Shown: positions 40,686 to 51,790 of the stretch, in pieces
Position numbering within the stretch: position 1 is the stretch's first letter
Layout: every line of letters begins with the position of its first letter
Assembly (NCBI RefSeq): GCF_001194135.2
Contig: NC_068984.1
Location: forward strand, 130,409,576-130,473,575
Direction: 5' to 3'
Origin: Octopus bimaculoides
Taxonomy: Eukaryota
DNA: 64,000 nt
The notes under the pieces: model-generated
What the model was told of the DNA's origin: nothing
Database searches by the model: none
Seen by the model: the letters and a program-made list of their open reading frames with translations, nothing else
Translations under genes and position numbers: made by a program

Positions 40686-40771
40686 GTGAAGGTCAACAAC
40701 AGGATGAGGATCCAGTTATAGAAAATCTGTCTCAACAAATTCGTCTGACCCATACAGAAAAGGAAAACTGA
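40686..40771 (+). CDS. MTA1: Candidate alternative last exon of MTA1: (S)EGQQQDEDPVIENLSQQIRLTHTEKEN*
   Basis: cttgctttgaaaacag acceptor, open in phase 1 to TGA 40769-40771. It fits the internal donor A|GTGAGG at 33737/33738 and begins SEGQ, like the proximal ending. Confidence 0.5.
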
Positions 40772-41107
40772 ATGATAAATGATATTGAGGATTTATGTCT
40801 ATACATTTTGATCAGTTTAGCTGTTTTGAACATGAAGCAGAATGTTTGTTCTAGAAATTGGTTTCAATGCTAAAGCAAGCATGAGCAACCATTTTTTTTT
40901 TTTTTTTTTTTTTTTTTTATTTGAGAAATGGACCATATGAGACAGCTCATCATCAGGTTGGCTGCACTAGTAAAACCCAAGGTTATTTTTCATTAGGTGT
41001 GCCATTCAGAAACTCTTATTTGCCAGTGATTGTACTGAAGAGTTAAATCAACCTTAGAAAGATTCAGATTGAGAAGTTAAAGAGACAGAGAAAGATGTTT
41101 TATAATC

Positions 41108-41275
41108 TATAGGCACAAGGCCAGAAATTTGGCAGGTAGGGGCAAGTTGATTTCATCGACTTGAGTACTTGATTGGTAATTATTTTTATGAACCCTGAAA
41201 GGCAAAAATCAATCTCAGCAGAATTTGAACTCAAAATGTAAAGACAAATGAAATGCTAGCTTACCACCTTCATCA
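41108..41275 (-). mobile_element. tRNA-derived SINE (family B), internally deleted solo copy
   Basis: ataggcacaaggcc...gaatttgaactc, same as the array units at 43.6-50.3 kb. Confidence 0.75.
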
Positions 41276-41689
41276 GTGTTGATGAAAGAAGGCCTTGAAA
41301 GTCATAGTTGAAAGAAGTGGTCACTGCAGCAGAGGCTATGTCCACCTAGTGCTATGCAGTCTATTATTACGTTGGGCACTACATCATTCTAATGGTAATT
41401 ATTTTATTTCTGTGTTGAACGTTTTCCAGAAGATGGTATGGTGTCTTACTATATTGGACACTCTTTCAAGTCCTAGAGAACATTGGAAAGAAGCTTGCAG
41501 ACTTAATTTTCAATTCTTGTTTGAAAATCCAAAATCTGATTGCTTATGGTGGTTGTTACTGCAATAGACAAATCCTCTCTGGTTGTGGTATGGAGTTTTT
41601 ATTTGTAGTACTGCTTCTTAATCCAAGTAGTATGAAGTTCAAAGATGATTACCTCATGAATTCTGTAGCAATAGTGGGCATCAGCTCTT

Positions 41690-42010
41690 AAACTGGCATT
41701 GCATTGGTTATGGCAATGTCAGTTCCAGTTGATCCAATCAACAGAACAGCCTGCTCATGAAACTGATGTGCATTTGGCTGTGTGCACAGACACGCGTACC
41801 CTTAACATAGTTCTCACGGAGATTCATCATTGATATAATGTAGCAATGCTAGCCCTTTGAAATACAGGTACAACTCCTTTTTGTCAGCTGGGTGGAATGG
41901 AGCAACGGATAATAAAGCGTCTTGCTCAAGGACACAACATGCCACCGGGAATCAACCTCATGGCCTTATGATCTTGAACCGAAAACCCTAATCACTAAAC
42001 CACGTGTCTT
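41690..42010 (-). mobile_element. tRNA-derived SINE related to the copy at 52834-53213
   Basis: Reverse of caggctgttc...gatc, taagggtac and cttgagcaa motifs. Confidence 0.7.
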
Positions 42011-42384
42011 AATGCATTCAACACATCACACTATCATAATATAGAATATGTCATTTCATTTGAGATTATGATATTAGAGTGGACATTTTTGTCTCCACTT
42101 AATGGGATGGATTGTTTTCTCCTTGTGTAAACTACCTCTTCCATCGTATTAAATTAATCTATTGGAAATCGCCTCCCAGGGGCTAGTAATGAACTAGCAA
42201 CCCATTCAGAAGAAATGTTATGTTCTTGGTCACTTACACACCATGGAAAGCAGGTAACTGGCCTACGATTTCTAGAACATTTTTATACTCTTGAATTCAG
42301 CGTTCTTTCATTTTCTATAATGAACATCATAATCTAATTAGTGAAATTCACTTGCTAGATAGCCAAAGTAATATACAAATTATG

Positions 42385-42950
42385 AAAGTTACAGTAAGAA
42401 TTTTAGCTCAACTAATTAAGAAGAGAGTTACACTGGATGAGATGCAGTCTGGTTTTGTGCCAGGGAGAAGTACTTGTGATACTCTCTTCTTAGTAATTCA
42501 AATGCAAGAGAAGTATTTAGCCAACAGCAAACTGCTGCACTTGGCTTTCATTTGACTTGTAGAAAGCCTCCAACTGGATCCCTCGCTCCCTGATCAGGTG
42601 GTTGCTGCAGAAACTAGGAATAGATGAATGGCTAATGAGAGCTAGCCAAGCCACGTACAGAGGTACTGTCACTAAGGTGAGAAACAACAATGTTTACAAG
42701 TTCATGAGGCCTCTCTTCTCAGTCCCCTCGTGTTATTGTTCTCCAGAACATGACTGAAGAAGTTAAAACTGGTTGCCTGTGGGAACTCCTCTCTGCTGAT
42801 GACTTGTTCTTCAAGCTGAATCCAGTAGAAGTAGAAAAGAAATTTCAGTGTGGATGCAAAACCAAGAACCAAAGAGCTGTAAAGTTATTTTAGCAAACAC
42901 TAAAGTCCTATCAAGCAGGGAAACAAACAGGATGTTCATTTGCTAGGAAA
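42385..42950 (+). mobile_element. RTE-clade LINE reverse transcriptase fragment (pseudogene)
   Basis: LDEMQSGFVPGRSTCDTLFLVIQMQEKYLA...HLAFIDL, then frameshifted LQKLGIDEWL, TGCLWELLSADDL (YADD) and K..V..ANTK remnants. Confidence 0.88.
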
Positions 42951-42956
42951 ATGGCG

Positions 42957-43512
42957 TTTTGATCATATCTCTAACAGTGAAACTGTTTGATCATATCTAT
43001 AGCTACAGTCCAGCACTGTGTTTGATCATATCTCTACCAACAGTCTGGCAGTGTTTGATCATACCTCTAGTGTCAGTCAAACTGTTTTATCATATCTCTA
43101 GTATCAGTCAAACTGCTTGATCATATCTCTAGTATCAATCAAACTATTTGATCATATCTCTAGTATCAGTCAAACTGTGTTTGATCAAATCTCTAGTGTC
43201 AGGCAAACTGTTTGATCATATTTCTAGTATCAGTCAAACTACTCGATCATATCTCTAGTATCAGTCAAACTATTTGATCATATCTCTAGTATCAGTCAAA
43301 CTATTTGATCATATCTCTAGTATCAGTCAAACTGTGTTTGATCATATCTCTAGCAACACTCTTGCACTATGTTTGGTTATATCTCTAGCAATAGTCTGGC
43401 ACTGTGTTTGACCATATCTCTACCAAGTCTAACATTGTGTTTGATCATATCTCTACCAGGATGAAACTCTGGTACTGTGTTGGATCATATGTCTAGCACT
43501 GTGTTATCTCTA
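42957..43512. repeat. Minisatellite, 31-33 bp unit tttgatcatatctctagtatcagtcaaactg(tg), about 17-18 copies
   Basis: gatcatatctct recurs every 31-37 bp; central copies near-identical, edge copies diverged. Confidence 0.95.
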
Positions 43513-44778
43513 GCAAGTATTCACAAGCTCCATTCCAATTACTAGTTTCAAATTTTAGTGCAACGCCAGCAAGTATATAAAAGGGAGTAATTCGGTTAGA
43601 TCGACTCCAGTACATGACTTGTATTTCATTTTATTGACCCTGCACCACAACCCCAAAGGGGGAAAGGCAAAGTCAACCTTGCCATAATTTGAACTCAGGA
43701 CATAAAAATTGCTGGAACATAAGAGCGAAAGAAATGCTCTTGAGCACTTTGTCCAACATACTAATAATTCTGACAGCTCACTGCTTTTAATTCTTTCTGA
43801 TTTGGGCAAAAATTTTGAGGGGAGGGGCAAGTCAGTTACATCGACTCCGGTACTTGATTGGTACTTATTGAATTCAGAACATATCGAGTTGAAAGAAATG
43901 TCATTAAGGATTTTATTCAACATGCTAATAAATCTTTCAGTTCATTACCTTAGTAATAGTCGTAGTAGTAGTAGTTGTTTTCAATTTAGATACAATACCT
44001 GAAATTCAGGGAGAAGGAATGACTAGTTTTGAGTGACTCTTGTACTTGAGTGATACTTTTACCTTATTGCCCTTCTCTGTTGTAGGATTGAGAGCAAGGC
44101 AAAGAAGTTGAACTCAGAACATCATTATAAAGACATAATGGAAAAAAACAGAACTCATTTAAACTATATTGTAATGATAATAATAATAATAATCCTTTCT
44201 ACTAGCACAAGGCCTGAAATTTGGTAGGAGGGGACCAGTTGATTACATCAACCCCAGTGTTTCAGTGGTACTTAATTTATTGACCCCGAAATGATGAAAG
44301 ACAAAGTTGACCTTGGTGGAATTTGAACTCCGAATGTAAATAGGGACTAAATGCCGCTAAGCAACCGTGCCTGGCGTGCTAATGATTCTTTTCTGCTCTA
44401 GGCACAAGGCCTGAAATTATTGGGGAGGGGTCCAGTCGATTAGATCGACCCAGTACGCAACTGATACTTAATTTATCGACCCCAAAAAGATGAAAGGCAA
44501 AGTCGACCTCGGCAGAATTTGAACTCAGAACGTAAAGACAGACGAAATGCCACTAAGCATTTCGCCTGGCGTGCTAACGATTCTGCCTTAGCAATAATAA
44601 TAATAGTTTCAAATTTTGCACAAGGCCAGCAGTTTCGGGAGAGGGGGCAAGTTGATTACATCGACCCCAGTGTTCAACTGCTACTCTTTTTATCAAACCT
44701 GAAAGCATGAAAGGCAACATCAACATCACCAGAATTTGAACTGTCTGCCAGCTTGATTAAGAATAATGATAATAATAT

Positions 44779-45073
44779 GCCCACGGGCATATGATGTAGT
44801 GGTTAAGAGCGTGCGCTACTAACCCCAAGATTCCAAGTTCAATTCCAAGCAGTGACCTGAACACTAACAATAATAATAATAATAATAATATCGAAAAATA
44901 CCTTAGGAATGAGAACCCAGGTTCAAAATTTCCCCAAGACACCAGAAGAAGGCTGGAGGGTATATCAGCCGAAACATTGTGTTAACAACAAACAAGATGA
45001 GGACAAATATCCGTCGAATGTAAATAATGTAAATAATGTACAGAAATCCTCATCTCTTAAATACAGAACTGTA
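44779..45073 (+). mobile_element. tRNA-headed non-autonomous element with a decayed minimal hammerhead motif
   Basis: A box TGATGTAGTGG 44792-44802, B box GTTCAATTCC 44837-44846, internal (AAT)n, hammerhead-like motif 44938-44983. Confidence 0.7.
44938..44983 (+). ncRNA. Degenerate minimal type I hammerhead ribozyme
   Basis: GACAC-CAGAAGA-A-GGCTG-gagggtatat-CAGCC-GAAA-CA-TT-GTGTT. Stem I GACAC/GUGUU and stem II GGCUG/CAGCC pair; core CUGANGA has U>A. Confidence 0.65.
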
Positions 45074-46626
45074 ATGATAATAATAATAATAATGATTATT
45101 ATTATTATTATTATTATTATTACAATAATCTTTTCTACTATGGGTGCAAAGCCTGAAATTTGGTGGTAGGGGGACTAGTTAATTATATCGTCCTTAAAAG
45201 GGTGGAAAAAAAAAAAACTCAACCTTGACAGAATTTGAACTCAGAACATAAAGACATGAAATGTTAACAATTCTGGCAGCTTGCTGCCTTAATAACAACA
45301 ACAATAGTAATAATAATAATAATAATCCTTTCTACTATAGGCACAAGGCCTGAAATATGGGGGAAGGGACTAGTCAATTATACTGACCCCGCCAACGTTT
45401 CACTGGTACTTACTTAATTGACTTCGAAAGGATGAAAGGCAAAGTCGACCTCAGTGGAATTTGAACTCAGAATGTAAAGACAGACAAAATACTGCTAAGC
45501 ATTTCGCCCAGCGTGCTAACGATACTGCCAGCTTGCTACCTTAATAACAACAACAACAATATTAATAATAATAATAATAACAAAAAGAATAAAGCAAAAC
45601 AAGAAGCAGGTGTTAACTTTGATTGTTTTATCACCATTTCATTAATGAGAGGGCAATTAGTATTATTAATTAGGTGGCTACCCAATTGGTAGAACGTGCT
45701 ATTGGTGAGTGTATTGGTCCCTAATACATCAATGTGACCCACATTGGCACAGTAGAGTTTGATATATTGCACAAGATTATAAGAAGGGATTTGGGGGAGC
45801 TTGGCTGCTTTTGGCTGGGGGTTCTTTTTTTTTTTTATTATTTTTCTTTTGTTTTTTGTTTTTTGTTTTGATTTTTTTTTTTTTTTTTTTAATATTTATT
45901 ATTAATTTATTTATTTTTATTACATTGAACAGGCTGCAAGAAGATTTACAAGTACTTTCGATCTGAAATAAGGTGGCCCTGCTGGAACATATGGAGAGAG
46001 AGAGAGAGAGTCTGAAGACAGCAAAAAAAAAAAAGCAATAACAAACAAAAACAGTGAAATGTTTAATAAGGAGACATTTGTTACTTATATCAGAGGAAGT
46101 CAGTTTAGAACATTAATTTGGTAATTAAACAACAATAATAATAATCCTTTCTACTATAGGCACAAGGCCTAAAATCACATCGACCCCAGTACTTGACTGG
46201 TTCTTATTCTATTGACCCCAAAAGGATGAAAGGTAAAGTCAATGTTGGTGGAATTTGAACTCAGAACGTAAGGATGAACGAAATGCCGCTAAGCATTTTG
46301 TCCGGCATGCTAATGATTCTACCAGCTCACTGCCTTAATAATAATAATAATAATAATCTTTTCTACTATAGGCACAAGGCCTGAAATTTGTAGGGAGGAG
46401 ACTAGTCGATTACATCAACCCCCAGTACTCAGCTGGTACTGAACTTATTGACCCTGAAAGGATGAAAGGCAAAGTCGACCTCGGCAGAATTTGAACTCAG
46501 AATGCAAAGACAGATGAAATACCGCTAAGCATTTCACCTGGCGTGCTAACGATTCTGCCAGCTTACCATAATAATAATAATAATAATAGTTCATATAAAG
46601 GACTGAAGTAACTCAGCAGAAATATA

Positions 46627-46701
46627 ATAGATAGATAGAAGAGTTCTTTACTTTTGTATACGAATCATATACAAAAGTAAAGAACTCTTCTATCTATCTA
46701 T
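46627..46701. repeat. Perfect 34-bp inverted repeat with 7-nt loop
   Basis: atagatagatagaagagttctttacttttgtata-cgaatca-tatacaaaagtaaagaactcttctatctatctat. Confidence 0.95.
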
Positions 46702-49700
46702 CTAATAATAACCATTTCTAATATTGGCGCAAGGCCACATATTTTTGAGGGCTGGAAGTGAGGGTGATGAGTGGAATCAGTCATATCAATTGACAACCAG
46801 TACTTGTCTGGTACATCAGTTTATCACACCACCCACCCCATTATATGACTGATACTTGTTTTTATTGAGCCCAACGCAGAAGGATGAAAAAAAAACAAAG
46901 TTGATCTTGGCAAATAATAATAATGATAATCCTTTCTACAGGCACAAGGCCTGAATTTGGGGTGAGGAGTGGGTAAGTCAATTACATCGACCCCAGTGCT
47001 CAACTAGTATTTTATCAACCCCAAAAGGATGAACGGCATAGTTGACTTTGGCAGAATTTGAACTCAGAATGTAAAGCCAGCCTGTGTGCTAACAATTCTG
47101 CCAACTTGCCAATAATAATTGTTGTTAATTTTGTCACGAAGCCTGCAAAATTTGAGGGTTGGGAATAAATCAACCGCTTCAACCCCAGCATCTGACTGGT
47201 ACAGCATTTTATCAACCTTCAGCAGAATTTGAGCTTAACATGTAAAGAGCTAGAAGAAATGCCACTAACCATTTTGTCTGGTACTATGACAATTCGACCA
47301 ACTCACAGAATAATAATAATAATCCTTTCTACTATAAGCATAAGGCCTGAAGTTTTTGTGGGAGGGAGCAAGTCGATTCCATTGACCCCCACCAGTGTGT
47401 AACTGGTACTTATTTCATCAACCTTGAAAAGATAAGAGGCAAGGTCAACCTTGGCAGAATTTGCATAATAATAATAATAATAATAATAATAATGCTTTTC
47501 TACTATAGGCACAAGAGCTGAAATTTGGGGAGGTGGGGGTAGTCAATTTGATCGATCCCAGTATGTAACTGATACTTCATTTATCGACTCTGGAAGGATG
47601 AAAGGCAAAGTTGACCTCGGCGGAATTTGAACTCAGAACGTAAAGACAGATGAAATACCGCTAAGCATTTTGCTCAGAGTGCTAACAGTTTTGCCAGCTC
47701 ATCACCTTAATAATAATAATAATCCTTTTCTACTATAGGCACAAGATCTGAAATTTGGGGGAGGGGGACTAGTCGATTACATCAACCCCAGCGCTCAACT
47801 GGTACTTATTTTATTGGCCCTGAAAGGATGAAAAGCAATCTCTAACTTGGCAGCATTTGAACTCAAAACAAAGACAAACGAAATGCTGCTAAGCATTTGT
47901 TCGACGTGCTAATGATTCTGACAGATCAGCGCCTTAATAATAATAATAATAATAATAATAAACAACTGTAAACGGTTAACAGCAAAGTCTCCTTTAAAAA
48001 GTATGCTTTTGGCTGCTTTCATATTTTGCTTTTTGTTGCTAAGACAATTACAGATAGAATGGTGAGAGAAGTTGGAATACAATAGGTAGGCAGGCATCTA
48101 GAGAATATCCCAGATGGCCCCTACACATTAGGTAGAGGCCAAAGGGAAAAGAAAAATGTACCATACTAGATGGCATATTTCAGATTTGTTTCCAAAAAAA
48201 AAAATAATAATAATAACAAAAGGTCTCACAACAATCATCTCAGGTCCTAAATGCAAATTTGGGCTTTCCATATAAACAAATTGTGTTTCTGATTCTTACT
48301 TTTCTCTGAATATGCTCTCCAGAAACTGAGGTGTGTCTTTTATGCCATCAAATATGGTACGTTCCTGAACATAACCAGTAAAGTGTCCAGAAGACAGCGG
48401 AAATGTTCCTTAATTACTGTTTAAAAATGTCCTTTGTTTAAATTTCTGAATTACATTCCTTTTGTTCCAGCTTGTCCCCTTTTCAACACTACCACCATCA
48501 CCACCATTATCAGCAACACCATCATCAATAATAATTCTTCATTATTTTGGCTAAAGGCCAGCAATTTTAGGGGGCAGGGAAGAGGGGGCCAGTCGATTAT
48601 ATCACCAACAATAATAAAAATAACAATAATAAAGTGGTTTCAAAGTTTAGCACACGGCCAGTAATTTTGAGGGGAGGGTTAAGTCAATCACATCGGCCCC
48701 AGTGCTCAACTGGTACTTATCAACCCCTGAAAGGATGAAAGGCAAAGCTGACTTCACAGGGATTTGAACTCAGAACATAGAGCTGAAAAAAAGCTGCTAA
48801 GAATTTTGTCCATGTTAACAAATCCTGCCAGCTCACCACCATAATAATAGTAATAATAATAATAATAATGATAACAATTCTTTCTAATTTTGGCACAAAG
48901 CCAGCAATTTTGATGGAAAAGAGGCAAGTCGATTACATCAACCCCTACTCCCCAGTACTTTATTCGAATGACCCTGAAAGGATGAAAGGCAAAGTTGACC
49001 TCAGCAGGATTTGAACTCAGAACGTAAAGTGCCAGAAGAAACAACCATTAAGCATTTTGTCCAACACGTTAACAACTCCACCAGCTTTCCCTGCTTGTCA
49101 TCAATGACAATATTATTACAACTGATTAATTCAGTTTACACAGTTGAGGTAGTATTAAATACTGGTAGATAGATTAGCTATTTTACTAATTAATTATTTA
49201 TATAATATATAGGCCTGAGGCCACAAATTTTTAGATGGGAAAAGTAATCAGTTGTGAGAAATGATGAAGTATGATCTGTAAGATATTGCAATAAGAGCTT
49301 CTGCCTTTAATAAAGCCTAGCTCAGTCGGTAGAGCATCAGATTGACGATGATGAAGATGTAGGAATTTGTTTGTTTTTAACTATGTGATAAGCTTTAAGA
49401 AGTAGCAGCAGAATTGCCGCCACCACTACTATTCTTAATTGTGGTTTTTCTTCTGGCAGCATGTGCCAATCTCGAATCTATGTCCCTGAGGTATGTGAAG
49501 TGGTGTGTCTATGTGTCTATGTGTGCGTGTGTGGCTGTGTCATACATAGAATGTGTTCTGTATTCAGTAATGTTTATTTGCTGTAATGTGTGTGTGGGTC
49601 AGAACAGTACACAATGTTTGGGATTGTGTATTGCTGTTTAACCCTTGGTAAAGTACTGGCTAAAAATGAACTATGATCAAAATTAGTCCAGCTACGATCA

Positions 49701-50086
49701 TTTTAACTCATTTCCATACTGAATATTATATAAAATTACATTATCCAATAGTTTCTTTCTTCTTTTAAGACAACATGATGTGATTTAAGGGAAATTTGGT
49801 TGCTATTTCTGGGCAGTATATTGACTATGTGGAGGTTCCCTAGCTGACTCATGGAATCTTATGTATTAGTGCATATCCTTTTCTGTTTTAAATACTCCCA
49901 ATCCCCCAGTTGTAACAGGAAAAGGAAAGGGACACAGTCACTATTTTATCCCTACATGTATCCCTCCTCTCTCTATATGCACACACACATGTATATATAT
50001 CTCCTTGTATGGTAATAGTTCCTCAACTTCCAGAGATCTCCTACCCTTGCAATCACTAATGTCTCAGCAGTTTCTTTTAATCTTAA

Positions 50087-50125
<39 letters not shown>

Positions 50126-50380
50126 CCTTTCTACTAAAGGTACAAGCTATGAAATTTTGGGGCAGGGGAGAAGTCGATTACATCGACCCCAGTGTTTCAC
50201 TGGTACTCAATTTATCGACCCTGAAAAGGTGAAAAGCAAAGCTGACTTGAGTGGAATTTGAACTCAGAACATCAAGGTAGACAAAATGCCACTAAGCTAA
50301 CAATTCTGCCAGCTCACCACCTTAATAATAACAATCTTATTATATACGGTACTCAGGTGTACTTTGACAAAAAATACTCT

Positions 50381-50470
50381 GCTTGTAGAGGGACTTGAGC
50401 CCATACTCTAGTGTCAAACAACATTAGAGTACATAAAAATCTGATGTTCTACTAATTGAGCTAAGTAAGC
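50381..50470 (-). pseudogene. tRNA-Lys(TTT)-like pseudogene with an insertion at the canonical intron position, copy 1
   Basis: Minus strand GCTTACTTAGCTCAATTAGTAGAACATCAGA-TTTTTA-insert-...GGGCTCAAGTCCCTCTACAAGC, then agagtaTTTTTT (Pol III terminator-like). Confidence 0.4.
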
Positions 50471-50878
50471 AATCTATCATTATCACCATTATTATTATTG
50501 TTATTATTATTATGGTTCTGGACTACTGACCAAATCTCTCGTACTATGTCCCAGAGCAAGAAACATAACTCTGCTGATTCCAGTTTAACAAACACACAGA
50601 TTCATGTATGTGTATGTATGTGCTTATAGGATGTTCTTATTCATGGAAACATAGGTTATTCAAACACACACAGATATGTATGCATGTGTCTATGTTCGGA
50701 AGTGCATGGTTTAGTAGTCAGGGTGTTGCACACAGGATTGTAAAATTGTGGTTTCAATTCCTGAACTGGGTGGTGTTTTGTTTTCTTGAGCAAATCACTT
50801 TGTCTCATTTAGCTCTAGTCCACTCACATGGCGAAAATGACTAATTCTGCAATGGACTAATGTCCCATCCAGTGAGAG

Positions 50879-50909
<31 letters not shown>

Positions 50910-51529
50910 TGCAGGCTCCAGAAATTGGCTCAAGAAGGACTTTTGATATGTGTATGTGTGTGAAGACACGTGACCTAGTAGTTAAGGTGTTGCACTCACA
51001 ACCAGGTGGCATGTTGTGGTTTTGAGCAAAACACTTCATTTCACATTGCTCTAGTGGATGGGGAGAGTACCAGAAACATTGGTGCAATACAAGAAATGCT
51101 TTATAGTATATCTTCTGGATCTCTACAGTCTGAGTTCAAATCCCATCTGCTTGGAGAAGGCAATGAGAAACCACTCCAGTATTCATTCCAAGTCTAGTCA
51201 TGGATGGCCAAAGTTCCAATAATCTACTCAAGTTGTAGGGGAGGGTACGAGCTCTCCTGGGTCATGTAGAGAGCGGCAAAGCGTTATATGCACAGGGCCT
51301 ACCCAATGGCAGACGACCACCAGATTAGATACATATATGTGTGTGTGTGAGAGGTTTAATTGTATTTATCTGCATCACTACCTCCATATCAACTGACCTG
51401 GATTTCTCTTGTAGCCCCTCTTGACTCTGGGGACTTACCCCTGGATGAAGAGCTCAAATTCATTTGAGCACTACAATGCGTTTTCTATACCGGGCATATC
51501 TAGCTCTCATCTATCATCTGTGAATATAT

Positions 51530-51790
51530 GGTCTACTGGTTAGGGTGTTGCACTCAATTCCTAGACTGGGTGGTGCATTGTGTTCTTGAGCAAAACACTT
51601 CACTTCACATTGGTCTGCAATCACTTCAACACCTGATGCATGGTACACCATGCACCTGTTCAGACGTCGATCTGATGGAGAGAGTGAGTTAATGTGCAGC
51701 ATAGACCTTTGATCACCGTAAACAAATCATTTGTGCAGGCCGTTTGGCCAAAGCTGAATGCTCGTACATTGTCTTCAAAGGGAGAGTCCA
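51530..51790 (+). mobile_element. tRNA-derived SINE family C
   Basis: ggttagggtgttgcactc...gtgttcttgagcaaaacacttca; related partial copies at about 50700, 50960 and 61745-62010. Confidence 0.7.

Larger units (their letters stand above)
43575..50335 (-). mobile_element. Co-oriented array of at least 16 tRNA-derived SINE family B copies separated by (AAT)n
   Basis: On the minus strand each unit reads GGCGG(T/C)GAGCTGGCAGAATCGTTAGC (A box)...GAGTTCAAATTC (B box)...GGCCTTGTGCCTATAGTAGAAA(A)G(G)ATT(ATT)n. The gaatttgaactc-like marker recurs about 16-17 times. Confidence 0.92.

Noticed and set aside
42957-43512. CRISPR-like look (conserved repeat with variable part at the edges)
   Set aside because: Eukaryotic context, no cas genes, and the variable parts are short and homologous to each other; it is a minisatellite.
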